Assembly (NCBI GenBank): GCA_973895155.1
Contig: OZ316892.1
Coordinates: 20,409,869-20,473,868 of the forward strand
Length of the DNA stretch: 64,000 bases
Direction: 5' to 3'
Source of the DNA: Marsupella aquatica
Lineage: Eukaryota > Plantae > Marchantiophyta
The position numbers and the translations under genes are program-made. Positions 1-12,600 of the stretch are shown one piece after another; the first letter of the stretch is position 1, and the number at the start of each line of letters is the position of its first letter. The notes under the pieces are model-generated. The model was not told where the DNA came from, ran no database searches, and saw nothing but the letters and a program-made list of their open reading frames with translations.

Positions 1-1535
1 CATTATCGGACTGAGGAATTCTCGAAACACACAGTTTCGTGGAGATTTCTGATTTGAGCAGAGCTGCCTCACAAGACTTTCAAGGGATGGAGGCAGATGC
101 ACGAGATTCGTGAGTACGATCTTCCGTGTGTAATCCTCGGTCGGTCTATGTACGAAGAGCGTAGTGCCTAATGAATTCTGCAGGAGTTGAGACGAACTTT
201 AAATTAAATCAATTAACCGCTTTCTTGGTCGAATTAATCAATCCCGTTCCATTTAAATTTGGCGTCAGTGAATGATGTTCTATGACTCACCTATTGGAAT
301 CCGAACTCCCTCTCAAGGAGAAAATGATTTGTAATATTTCTTCAATTAACTTAGATGAAACGCGAAGTACTGAGTAAAATGACCCAAGATCCACAAATGC
401 GACATCCCTTTATCCTTTGACAGTGAATGCAAAAGCACCATACTGGAATGCATGCACTTGAAACAGTAATTAACGAAACTCAATCCAAACATTGCCATCT
501 GCGTTACAGTTTTCTGCTGACAGAGATTTAATTACGGGAAAAATCTGATAGTCATACTCGCTCGTTACCATACCCATAAGTCTAATAAGTTGGGCTTCAA
601 GTTGGCGGAAAAACACTCCGCGACTATTGACGAGTGTCCGAATTGTACTCATCTCCGACTTGGTCCAAAATTTATCTCCGAAACACATTTGAGATGAAGT
701 TAGTATCGTGACAAGGCTAGCGAAACGCGAGTTTGCATTGCATTACACGGTTTATAAACTTTGGGAACAATGTAACCCTCCAAGGAAAAGGACTCAAACT
801 TAGAGAACCAAATCAGCATGCCAGCATAGTTCAACATTATTTTTGTGTCAACTGGCACACCATTCTACAAGTCTCTGAAATGTTATTCAAAACAATAATG
901 GCGTTCCTGACAGAAACCTCGTCCTCTACGATCTCAACCTCCACCTTATGAAGTGGCGGTTTGCCCTCCCCTGATACCGGCCGCTCTACAAAATTCACTG
1001 CCCTCTCCTTGCCTGCACGCGTAAAAAGGACCAGTGGATTTCCAATCGTCTGAGATGGGTTGGGGACGGCCATGCCAGATGAGTCTGGGACGAACGCTTT
1101 AGCTGATCCTGGTGCAACTAGTCGAGAGAGAGCAACATTGCATCTGTCCCCACTTCCTTGCTGGGCTGCCCATTTGTATGTAGCTTTTACAAATAAAAAT
1201 TACTAAAACCATTGCACCACACATTTCTGAACTAAAACCAGATTGTCCGGACCGTGCAACTCCCTGATGGACTTTCCACTAGGTGCAGAGTTCAACTGAA
1301 ATTGTGTCGACGCCATCCGTGTGTGTGCCTTTTTCCAGGCAGGGAGTGAATCCCACGCATCACTGAGTGCAACTCAGATGCCGTACAGAACTTATTGGAC
1401 CGAAATTCTCTACCTTAGAAAGCCCCCTATGATGAGCTGTGGCCCACACTACTCAACACTTCCTTTTTCATTCAGCTCGGTCTGCCTTCTTTTGGCCCCA
1501 CCCATCTGATGAGGAACTCATTCATTTCTAGATCA

Positions 1536-1879
1536 TGTTGAGCATAGACGACATTCGCAACGGCAAGCCCATGAACCATCCAACGCACAATAGTCGACAC
1601 AGAGAGATACGTGGTTCACCTCCACATGAGGCTACGTCCACGGGAACACACAAGAGCTTTACTGCACTCTAGGCCGATCAGCCATACCAAGCATCCACAG
1701 CACAAGCTCTCCCTATCTCTCAACTAGCTCCGTAACAATGAGCCTAAGTTCCACCAGGGTCTGGCATCAGCCCTGGCTATATGCACAACAGCACTACCGC
1801 TAACCTTAGCTAGGTCCTAACCCGAGTTAGCCTAACTGTGGTTAGCACAAGAGTCACAAGACTAGAGCAATATCTAACA
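1536..1879 (-). repeat. 3' LTR of copia element
   Basis: TG...CA bounded 344-bp repeat of 7657-8000, adjacent to the PPT. Confidence 0.97.
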
Positions 1880-1892
1880 AACTCCCCCTTGA
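1880..1892 (-). promoter_or_regulatory. polypurine tract (PPT)
   Basis: Minus strand reads TCAAGGGGGAGTT immediately before the 3' LTR. Confidence 0.9.
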
Positions 1893-2087
1893 CTCTTGTC
1901 TTGGGGACTGGACTAAATGCAACCATATGGAATCCTCAGCGGGAAGTTCTAGACAATCACCAAAACCAGGTCTCCCCCTAAAAACCACAAGGGTTAACTA
2001 AGGGTTAACTAGAACTAAGCCGTAGCCAAACAGGAATGAGTAATCCATATACAAATAGTCACACATTGCTAAATAACTCTACTTGCA

Positions 2088-4974
2088 CTACAAGTGCAAA
2101 ACCTGCAAAGTAGCACGGTGTCTTGAGAAACTCTCCAAAGGAATCACTTTGGTAAAAGCATCAGCGGGATTGAGCTTTCCATCAATTTTGACTAGCCCAA
2201 AAGTTTTATCAGACACTGCTTGCCTGATAAAATGGTACCTGATATCAATGTGCTTCACCCTGCTATCCATCACCTGGTTAGCAGCCAAGTGAAGAGCACT
2301 CTGACTATCACAGTTTAGAGTCATTTTTCCATGCTCTAAACCCATCTCCGCGATCAACTTATCCAACCAAATTGCTTCCTTTGCTGCTTCTGCTGCTGCA
2401 ACATACTCTGCTTCTGTAGTAGACTGAGATATGCACTTCTGCAAGGTAGATTTCCAACTGATACATCCTCCTCCAAGAGTGTATACAAACCCAGTTGTAG
2501 ACCTCTGGCTTACAGTTTTCCATATTGAATCGTGCAAGTACTTTCCTCGCATACTGGCCTTGACTCAAGCACAACTGTCCAGTCTCAGAGTTCCTAAAAA
2601 TCTCCATCCCTAAGATCCTCTTGGCCTTACCAAGATCCTTCATCCTGAATTCAACACTCAATTTTGCCTTGAGACTGTCAACCTCAGATTGATCTTTAGC
2701 CACAATCAGCATGTCATCCACATAGATCACCAGAATGATGAAACCAAATACATCATTCTTGACTGATTTCGTATACACACAAGGATCATACACCATCCTT
2801 GTAAAACCTTGAGCAAGCATGAAATCATCAAACCGCTTGTTCCACTGTCTGGGAGACTGCTTCAATCCATACAAGGACTTGAGCAATCTGCAAACTAAGT
2901 TCTCTTGGCCTTTCTTCATAAAGCCTAGCAGCTGTCTCATGAAGATCATCTCTTCCAAGTTGCCATAGAGAAAAGCAGTAACAACATCCATCTGATCCAT
3001 CACCAGACCAAATAACACAACAAGCTGACACAAGATCCGAATTGTGGAATACTTAGCCACCGGTGAAAAGACCTCATTGTAATCCACTCCTTTCTCCTGA
3101 GTGAATCCCTTGGCAACAAGCCTTGCCTTGTAGATCTTGTCTCCACCCTCTGAAGGACTATCCTTCAACTTGTAAATTCACTTGCTGTCCACCACTTGCT
3201 GACCTCTTGGAAGCTCCACCAGCTCCCATGTCTTGTTGTCACTCAAAGATTGCAACTCCCTCTGCATTGCTGCATTCCACTCATGCTTCTGCTCTGAAGC
3301 ACAAGCCTCACTATACGAAGAAGACTCTCCTTCTTCCAAGATCAAAGCCATATCATCTTCATGAGGTGCAATGTCAATATCATCTAGCTTAGATGAGTCT
3401 GCCCATTGACCATACCTGGTAGGAGCTCTAGTAGAATGACTGGAAGTTCTTCTAGTAGATGACTCAGGCTGATCTATTGCTGCTGCTGGTGAAATTTGAG
3501 GTACCCAAGCAACAATTTGCTCCTCTTGTTCCATCACAGGAACCAGCTCCAAGCCCGGAGCTTCTCCATCTCTCCTGTCATGAACTGCATCATGACTAAT
3601 CTCCCTCTCAACCCGGTCCAGGATGGGAGATTTCCCCTTGTCAGTATGGGAGTCTTGAGAACTCTCCCCCTCCTTTGATGATCTGGATTCATTAAAGGAC
3701 ACATCTCTACTGACAATTAGTTTACAGGTTACTGGATCCCATAACCTATAACCCTTAACACCTTTCTGATAGCCAAAGAAAATGCACTTCTTCGACTTGG
3801 ACTCCAGCTTGGATCGAAGCTGGGAAGGTGTAAGCACATAAGCATCACATCCAAAAATCCTCAGATGTGAGTAATCTGCTGGACGCCCGTACCTCATTTC
3901 AAATGGCGTCTTGAATCCAATAGAACTGGATGGAGAAAAATTTACCAAATAAGCTGCAGTGTTGACAGCTTCAGCCCAAAACTCATGTGGTAAGCATGAT
4001 TGACTCAACATACTCCTCGAGCGGTCCAATAGTGTTCGGTTGAGTCTCTCAGAAATACCATTCTGTTGAGGAGTATAACTTGTTGTGAGATGGCGGGTAA
4101 TCCCTTGCTCCTTACAATACGTTCCAAATTCCCCGGAACTGTATTCACCGCCGTTATCCGATCGAAGATATCTCACCTTATTACCAGTCTGATTCTCAAC
4201 TTGGGCTTTCCACTCCTTAAAAGTGGCAAAAACATCAGACTTATTGTGTATAAAGTATATCCACACATACCTTGAGTAATCGTCTATAAACGCGACATAG
4301 TATAACCGTCCAGAATGTGAGGGAGTAGGGGCTGGACCCCACACATCACTATGTACATACTCAAGTACCTCCTTGCTGGTGTGAGTTCCAACTCCGAAGG
4401 GTTTCTTGTGCTGCTTCCCTAGCACACAGTGCTCACAAAATTCCAACTTACAAGATTGTAAATTAGAAAGTAATCCTTTCTTCTGAAGAATAACCAAACC
4501 TTTTTCACTCATGTGGCCCAAACGGAAGTGCCACAGCCGGGCCGTCTCCTCATGAGATAAGGTTACATTGGCTTCATCACAAACTACGCTGCCCTCCAAA
4601 ACGTATAGATTGCTATGTCTCTTTCCCTTCAATACAACTTTAGTACCAGTTGAAACCTGAAGGACACCATGAGCAGAACTCCACTGATGGCCATTTGCCT
4701 CTAAAACACCAAGTGAAATGAGATTTTTCATCATGCTGGGAATGTGTCTCACATTCCTCAACGTTCTTACAGCACCATCAAACATCTGAAATCTTACAGA
4801 TCCAAGTCCAACAACTTGACATGGGATTCCATTTCCCATCAACACTGACCCGTTGGAAACCGTGTAAGAACTGAAAAAATCTCTCCTACAGCAAATGTGA
4901 AAAGTACATGCACTATCTAGAATCCAGTCATCACTACCTGGATTTGACACTACGTTGAGAGCATAACTTTGGCA
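2088..4974 (-). pseudogene. pol: copia pol (protease, GAG-pre-integrase, integrase, RT, RNase H) with a nonsense codon and an internal deletion
   Basis: Motifs WILDSACTFH (PR), LWHFRLGHMS, VHSDVWGP/SDNGGEY/PQQNGISER (INT), YKARLVAKGF/QMDVVTAFL/YVDDML (RT), STTEAEYVA/CDSQSAL/KHIDIRYHFIR/NPADAFTK (RH). TGA at 3178-3180 replaces the Trp of DSKWIYK. Frameshifting deletion at ~2505. Confidence 0.95.
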
Positions 4975-6030
4975 TCACAATATGTCATCATCATCAAGTA
5001 AATCTACCTCATGCGAGCTCGATGCCGCGTTAGCAGATGCAGTAGGGACCTTTACTCGACAATCCCTTTTCATGTGGCCTGGCTTGCCACAATTCCAACA
5101 TGCAAGAGGCTTCCTCTCTTGCGATTTCCCTCTGGATTTAGATCTCCCCCGTGATGTAGATCTAAACTTGTTCTGCCCATTTGTGCGCTGCGCTGCTCTT
5201 CCCCGGTTCACATTCAGCGCAGTGCCAGAAGAAGATGCTGTCTGTGATTGACCCAACTTCTTCTGAGCATCATCAGACAACAAGGAGCTCACCACCTCAT
5301 TATACGAAATGGACTTCAGATCTCTGTATAAGAGCACCTGTTTCAAGCCCTGATATGACGACGGTAAGGAGCTTAGCAGAAGCAAGGCCTTATCCTCATC
5401 TTCAACTCCTTTTCCCAGGTTTGACAGATCCACCGCTAGACTGTCAAATTCATCTAGATGATCCTGCATCTTGCTCCCTTCCTTGAGCCTGAGGCTCATC
5501 AAGAGAGACTTCTTGTACAGCCGGTCTGACGCATCTTCCCGGTAGTACTTCTCTCTAAGAGCCTTGAACAGTGATGCGCAATCCGCATAATCATCCAGCT
5601 GCTTGATGATGTGCGGCTTCAGATAAAGCATCACTGCATTAACAGCAATCACCTGCTCCTGTCTCCACTGCTTCTCTGAGATCTCCTCCTCTCCATCATA
5701 CTGCTCTCGCGAAGAGAGCAGATGAGCTAAGCCCATGGCCCGAAGAACACCCTTCACTTGCTTCTCCCACAACAAGTAATCAGTACGACCATCATACTTC
5801 TCCACCTCAAACTTCACTCCTCCAAATCTAGCCATCTCCCTCTTCTTCCCCACTACCGATAGCTCTGGTAGTAGTACAGCTTCCTCCACTGCACGCCGCA
5901 CCGGTGATCGTACCGGTGTCACTTGTTCCTCCTCAAACGGTAACAGCTCCTCCTCAGACTCACCGTCTGACCGTCGCGATCCTGAAGCTCCACCGACACC
6001 AATTCTTCCAGTATCCTCCGAGTCACTCAT
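4975..6030 (-). CDS. gag: copia Gag with CCHC zinc knuckle (alternative start ATG 5835)
   Basis: KFEVEKYDG..YLLW gag N-terminus, LLLLSSLPSSY core and CWNCGKPGHMKRDC knuckle. Ends in TGA in frame with pol. Confidence 0.9.
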   Translation of the reverse strand: MSDSEDTGRIGVGGASGSRRSDGESEEELLPFEEEQVTPVRSPVRRAVEEAVLLPELSVVGKKREMARFGGVKFEVEKYDGRTDYLLWEKQVKGVLRAMGLAHLLSSREQYDGEEEISEKQWRQEQVIAVNAVMLYLKPHIIKQLDDYADCASLFKALREKYYREDASDRLYKKSLLMSLRLKEGSKMQDHLDEFDSLAVDLSNLGKGVEDEDKALLLLSSLPSSYQGLKQVLLYRDLKSISYNEVVSSLLSDDAQKKLGQSQTASSSGTALNVNRGRAAQRTNGQNKFRSTSRGRSKSRGKSQERKPLACWNCGKPGHMKRDCRVKVPTASANAASSSHEVDLLDDDDIL

Positions 6031-7642
6031 ATGAAACAATCACGAAAAAATGTCTTTTTTCGAAACTTCTCACAAAACTCAAAACTCAACACCGCCGCGT
6101 AGCCCACGAAGCTAGGAGTCCAATACTAAAAGCCGAAATCAAAATTGAAATTCGATGGAAAAGTTATTCAAATTTTGGTCGGGGTGGGTAAAACCTTGGG
6201 AAACTCCCCCGTTTTGACCACCTCGGAGAATAACCGAAATACCAAGTACAAACTATTGTCGGAATCGCGATGTGATCGGTGCGCCGCGTTGCTAACTCCA
6301 GTGGCAACGTCCTCGCCAAAAAAGAACCAAAAAAGTTACCGTTCGGCGGACGGAATCTTTGTCGGACGGGCATAAAACAGCTCTCTGTTTTTTGGGAATA
6401 TTCTTGCACAGTCCGACAGGTCTCACAGGGGGCCGTTCCCCCTGTCGGAGCGGTTAAAATGGAGGGCGGCAGGTCCCGGCACCAAGTAAAACAAGAGGGA
6501 GGGAAAATGCTATTAAAAACGCCGTAAAGGGGGTGCTAAAGCTTCTAAACAAACTATACGCCTTAAAAATGCGCATCCGCGTCGCGCATACGCGAGGCGG
6601 GCCAGGTGGCGTACAGGGTATAGAGGCGGGGGCCGGGAGTAAATGCTGCGCCGTGCGGGAGGGTGAGATGGGATGACGGAGGCGTCCGGCAGGCAGCCGG
6701 GCGCATACGGGGTAACGGCGGGCCAGGGGCGTGGGCGCAAAAGGCAGGGCCGGGGTTAAGGCTAAGCTGGGAGGGAGTCGGGGCTCGCGAAGGGTGAGGT
6801 GCGGGGCGCACGCCGGCCGGTGCTGCGGACCCCGCTGGGGGGGGAGGTGGGTGCGCGTATGTACTCGGCCAAAAACCAGGCCGATACGAGGCCGAAACGA
6901 AGTGTGTATACACCTCGTTAAAAAATGACCTAAAACCCCCTTTAAAACGCAAAAAACTTCCCTGAAAAAATGAATGTAAAACTCACTTGAAAAGCCGCTG
7001 TTTGAAACGAGGGAAGTGAACGCCGCTGACGGTAAATGTGGCCGAATTGCACCGGCACAGTCTGCAGCTCCAGCAGAGTAAAAAATTTCCGCCGCGTCGC
7101 CTTCACTCCGCATCAAGTGCCAATCCCGGGCTCAAAACGATCGCCTTGCCGCGATCAAACCGTTGAGCCGTAGCACTTTGCATATCACTGAGTCGTACGT
7201 CACGAAGAGAAACCCGGTTCAGTTGAGAACAAGCTCCATAGCTTGTGAAAAAACCTGAACGCCTCCGTCACTCGTCACGTCGCACTCAGTAACAACTCGG
7301 CAGCAATCCAGATACCGAAACGACCGACTCACTTCAACCTTCAACTTGAGCTATAATGTGCGATCCCTCCAGCACCGCACAACTCACACCGTTGAAAAAC
7401 GCCAACTCTGGTCTCTCCCCCGAAAACCCGTCGAACACGAATAACACCTGAACGACGCAAGCTTCAATTCCTCTGCACCACGGATACCGATCAGCGAGTT
7501 CTAACCACCGTTAGAACGCCCTCTCACTCACCTATTCGCACAGCCACACACATTCGAGTTTCATGCGACGAACTCCGAATGTACCATCGACAATGAACGC
7601 TGGAAAAACCTATCACAAAAAACCTCGTCACCTCCCAGGCAT

Positions 7643-7654
7643 GCTCTGATACCA
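7643..7654 (-). promoter_or_regulatory. primer-binding site complementary to initiator Met tRNA
   Basis: Minus strand TGGTATCAGAGC 2 nt after the 5' LTR. Confidence 0.95.
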
Positions 7655-7656
7655 CT

Positions 7657-8000
7657 TGTTGAGCATAGACGACATTCGCAACGGCAAGCCCATGAACCAT
7701 CCAATGCACAATAGTCGACACAGAGAGATACGTGGTTCACCTCCACATGAGGCTACGTCCATGGGAACACACAAGAGCTTTACTGCACTCTAGGCCGATC
7801 GGCCATACCAAGCATCCACAGCACAAGCTCTCCTTATCTCTCAACTAGCTCCGTAACAATGAGCCTAAGTTCCACCAGGGTCTGGCATCAGCCCTGGCTA
7901 TATGCACAACAGCACTACCGCTAACCTTAGCTAGGTCCTAACCCGAGTTAGCCTAACTGTGGTTAGCACAAGAGTCACAAGACTAGAGCAATATCTAACA
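7657..8000 (-). repeat. 5' LTR of copia element
   Basis: 344-bp repeat of 1536-1879, followed by the PBS on the minus strand. Confidence 0.97.
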
Positions 8001-8561
8001 GATCAGACGCTTGGCACCCAAGACCACGACTGATGTCTCAGCAAAGGGATCACTCAATCGTTGCTGATCGAAGAAGAGCTATCACTTTATTGTGGGAAGG
8101 GCATTCAATCATGTGAATGAGTACAGTAATGAGTTGTGATGCTGATGTAGTTTTACAGTTCAGATCGCCACTTCATCAGTGTCTGGTGCATCAATTCGGA
8201 GGATACGTACACATCATGTGTCAAAGCTTGAGAACTTTGTGTCCGCTCCCAACGGCCACTACCGCTGCCATATCAAGTGCCACATCAAGTAAGATTGCCA
8301 GAGCGATGCCATCCTCGGGTTCCTGTGCGACTCTCACACTTTCTTTACTCGTCTCCAAAGCAATTTGTGTAGGCATGCATCCTCTTAGAGATCCCAGTCC
8401 CAAACCAACGCCACCCTTGTGATATTCACACTACCCCACCCTAGGGTCTCTCTGAAATGGGTCCAACATTTTTGGCTAATAATGTTTATTGGTATTTTTT
8501 CTCTATTTTTCAGGAATTCTTGTAGAACATTATTAAATTTTGAGTTTATTTTGAGTCAAGC

Positions 8562-8912
8562 CATGAGAGTTTTGGGCTTATGACTTGATGATTCTGAGTA
8601 CTCATTTTTTTTTCTTTTGCCCCTACAAGGCAACTAGAGGAAAACACAAACCGAAATACTTCATATTAACACAATGAAAATTAATTTAATAGAACTTACC
8701 CCTCCGCATTCATGATGAATACCTCAACCCAAAATGGCCTAAAAGCATTGTCACTTTGATTGGAGTACAGCTTACCTACTCTAGCATATCCTCAAAACTA
8801 ACAAATATTTGAAACTATTAACATCAAATTATTACAATTAGACTCAAATTTTGGGAAATGTGGTCCACAGGGGTTTTCAAAAACCAACTTGTGGTTTATG
8901 GGAGCATCATTT
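8562..8912 (+). repeat. dispersed repeat copy A (unclassified TE fragment)
   Basis: Collinear diverged match to 22049-22418 (gagttttgggct...caaatatttgaaa...gggagcatcatttt). Confidence 0.8.
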
Positions 8913-9464
8913 TCTTAGAAATTATACATTACTCAAAATTTCAAAATTGCATTAAAAAGCTTCTCATGTTTTTTCCAGAAAAATTTGCAAGTCTCAGTTA
9001 ACCCAATAAGGAAACCCAATAAAAAAACCTATAGTCAAGCTTTGTGTGTGATGGCTCAGAAGTTAGTAAAAGTGAGGAGTTATTGCGCCAGTGGACTCAC
9101 CATTTGTCCAGCTTGAATGGTGAAAGGTGCGACGGTGTGGGGATGCTTCAAGTGTGCGATACCCTGGCATAGGAGTAGGAAAGGGGTTCCATGGGTTACT
9201 ATATCCAAAGGAGGTTTGCTCCCACCTCCATTTCTACTCCCCTCTAGGGATTAGACTTCACTATTTTGCAAAGAGAACATATATGGTGGAACTTAGACAC
9301 CTGATCTCAACCCATTGGGTATACCATTCTATGAAAATCTCTGTCGCCGAAGCATAACCAGAAAATCTTAGGCAAATCAATTTTCTCTTGCATTTGTTCA
9401 GTAGTAAACAATATAAGTATGCTCAACCCCCGGCTCAACGAAACCTACATCTTGCATATCCGAG

Positions 9465-9600
9465 CTCCTTCTAACATAGGGTGAAAATGACTTTCTTACA
9501 TACCCTGCTCTAGGGCCCCTTCTCACATAGGGACTAAATCACTTTCTTGCATTATTGTGCCCTAGGACCCCTTCTAACATAGGGGTGAAATCAGCTTTTT
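9465..9600. repeat. degenerate tandem repeat, ~50-bp unit x3
   Basis: Recurring ccttct(a/c)acataggg..aaat(g/c)ac(t)ttct. Confidence 0.6.
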
Positions 9601-12600
9601 ACCAAATTAGTATGCTACAGGTTCATTTATTTATCTACTGTTTGCGATTTCATCACTACCACCATGCCTTTTTGGTCACAGTGCAATAAATGCATTCCAT
9701 TGAAAATGAAGAGAACGAGGAGGAGGAAAAGGTAAGTCTTGTCCATGGTCCACATTGGAAGTCCCTCTCGTCAAGAGCGAATGGAAGAAGCCTAAACGTG
9801 AACTAAGCAGGAAAAGGCACAACAGACACTATGGCAGTATGGCTGGAGAATCAATCATGAGTACTATTTAAAGAGCCTCGAAAAACGGAATGCCCCGACA
9901 CCTGCCGATGCCATTCTATGGTTTCTCCTTTTCGGACAATTTCTCATGCATTCAAGAGCATGTCAACCAACTTGGACCCAGGGAAATGAGCGAGGAGTCC
10001 ACTTTTCCCGGCGGATCCCACGTTCCAATTTTCATTATCGTGGAAGGCGTTGATAAGCTAGCTGATCCTACGCGTTGAATCGAAAGTGACACAATGTTTA
10101 TCCCACTTGATATCGGCCGCCAATTTTGTTTGGAGATGAAGTATCTCCTATCTTGGGTTTCTTCATACGCACTTCAAAATTCCAACCAGGGAATGACTGT
10201 ACTGTACAGTTGTCCAGACAAAGTTCTTAAAGGTGTCGACCCTCTCCTTACGTTGACAAACTCCTTTCGCATTGCGCCATAATGTATTCGATGCAGTGAG
10301 TGGCTGCTTGAAGCTATGCCGGAGGTGAAAAAGTATAGACTCTACTCTGAGCCTCTCCGTGATTGGTCAATGCTTTCATTTTCTAGAGTGCGAGCTCTAT
10401 TCCAATTTGGTCATGAACATAGTGCATCGATGCCAATTTTGAATGATCTAAATTCGGTGAATCAAATATCCTTCACTCTACAATTCGGTGAATTTAGGTC
10501 ATCACTCTACAATGTCGCAGATTCTCAATCTTTCAGCACATCACAACGATCTCTCTGTGTGTTGCATTCTCGAGAGTCGAGAGCAGCGATCACAAAGATT
10601 TTAATCTGGTCCTTGTGAAAGATTTTGCTCGATCCCTTTCATGCGTGATGGTTGCACTCCAAAGCTATTGTCACAAACTGTGAGTCTATCTCAAGGTCTG
10701 TAAGTTTCAAATTTCCCTTACCACGGCACGTCATGTCTGAACATGTTAATTCCTTGCCCAGGACCACCAGACTACTGTTGACTATTATTTCGGAGCCGCT
10801 TACTAACGATTTAACAATACATTTGTACACGTACTTAGCAATCTACCAATCTATTTACCAATTCATAGTTTCCCTTGCCTATGGCGCACTTTTCCCATAT
10901 TACATAATTACAAAGTTAAAAGTTTGCCTGTGAATTCTCCTGACGTTTAACTTTGCTTTGCTCATCTTCTTACGTATTCTCTGGCAGTTTTGTCCTCATG
11001 TATTGTCTACCCCTTGCTCCGGATGGGGTTTGGGCGAACTTCCAAATCCTGTCTTTCCTTCTCCCATATCCGGGCTCGTGTCTAAGGTTGGAAGCTACAA
11101 AGATGCGGGAGCTAAGTACGGGTTTCGAGTCATTTTCTATGTGTATCCTGTGTTTGAGGTCTCCACAGTAAGTTGTCCAAATTAAATAGTGCTAGCGATT
11201 GATCGTGCCAAAGAGGGAGCGATAGTGTGCAGCTAATATACTTAGAAATTTGTGCCATAGAAAGATGGTCAAATTTCCACACCTAGACTCTCGAGCTGTC
11301 AGTACTCTTACCTTCTTTTGGGCCAGTCGAGACCTCAAAGGTATGGTATAATGTATTCGTTGCGACGTGAGGCTAAGTACAGTGGACAGTGCTTGCTTTG
11401 GGCCATGGGTAAGTAGTAAACTTCAATGAATGCAGACGTGCGGTTCAATTTTTGAACAGTAATATCCTTCTTCCTTTGAGATGAGAATATCCTTCCAACT
11501 CTTGTTATCTATTAAGCACATCATGTCGCGAGGTCTAGGAGAAGGCTTCTGCCTCGTCCTTTCAATGAGGCAGTGGGAGGTAGAAATCAATAAGTTTAAT
11601 TCTCTTTGCGTTGCGTTTGACAGGTCTTAAATTAAGGAACAAATTTTGCAGAAGAGTGCAAGCAAGAAAGATCTGCAATAATTTTCCTTAGTTTTACGAC
11701 AAGAGAACTCGAAGCCGTTCTTTAAAAGTTTCGTAGCGAGAATCAAGACCTACTCATTTGTATTCTAGAGCAAAGCGGGGGCACAGCAGCCAGTCTGTTC
11801 CAACACACTATCAAGCTTGAGGGTTAGACTTGTTTTTCTTTCCTCTCACTGAAAAACAACTGTTCTTTCCGCTGTTGACAAAATTCTTCCCTTTCAAGTT
11901 TAAATGAAAGAGTACAAAAAGACACTGCTGTCTTTCTTCTTCTTCTTCAGAACTAGCTATGTCAATCTGGATCATCATTCCAACGGTGACACCAACTATT
12001 ACTGCATTTGATATTGCGAACCGTATCTATATTACACGGGTGCGTTTAAGTTTAAACTCACAGACATTTGCTTCGAGATAACCTGGAATATTACATTCAA
12101 ATTATTTCTTTAGTTACTCTATCAACACCATCAGATATGAAGGTCCCTACATATTATTCTATAAAGTTTTCTCCAACTGCACTATGTATGAAATTTTCTG
12201 CGAGCCAGAAGATTCTTATAGAATCAGTGAGGCCTGTCAGCTGCAGTCCGGACAATTTCGACAGGGATGCACAGAGAGCTGCTTGTTTTAGCCAATTGGA
12301 CTTGCATTTTTTGGCCAGCCGAGGTGCATGGTATTTTAGCCATTTTGGAGCCAAATTTGCTGAATTTACCTATAGTATGGGGTGATTGTCACTATCCTAT
12401 TATCCTTGTGAAGATTGACACAAAAAAGGCAGTGAGTTCGGATTTTCCTATGTTCGCAAGCGACGAGATTAAGCTGGGAAATGCCTAATAGTAAACCAAA
12501 TGTCATATTTGCTTGCACCAGTCTTTTCACCGTGCCAAATGATCAAGTGTCAAGACTCCGTTTCGATGCCAGCCTCGTCCCCGCCTTCTGTCTGTACCCC

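Larger units (their letters stand above)
1536..8000 (-). mobile_element. Ty1/copia LTR retrotransposon (Tnt1/Tork-like), recent insertion, pol damaged
   Basis: Two 344-bp direct repeats TGTT...AACA (1536-1879, 7657-8000) differing at 4 positions. 5-bp TSD GATCA (1531-1535, 8001-8005). PBS and PPT present. Domain order gag-PR-INT-RT-RH on the minus strand. Confidence 0.98.

Noticed and set aside
6454-7116. 220-aa Pro/Ala/Arg-rich ORF in the copia leader (possible extra ORF)
   Set aside because: Explained by extreme GC content. No recognisable domain and a non-ATG start.
837-8430. Possible host gene interrupted by the copia insertion
   Set aside because: Joining the flanks across the TSD gives no long ORF or recognisable protein.
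9780-11420. Exon-like pieces (IFIIVEGVDKL, Walker-B-like; GTAAGT donors near 11168 and 11409)
   Set aside because: Could not be assembled into a frame-consistent gene or assigned to a family. Possibly a decayed gene.
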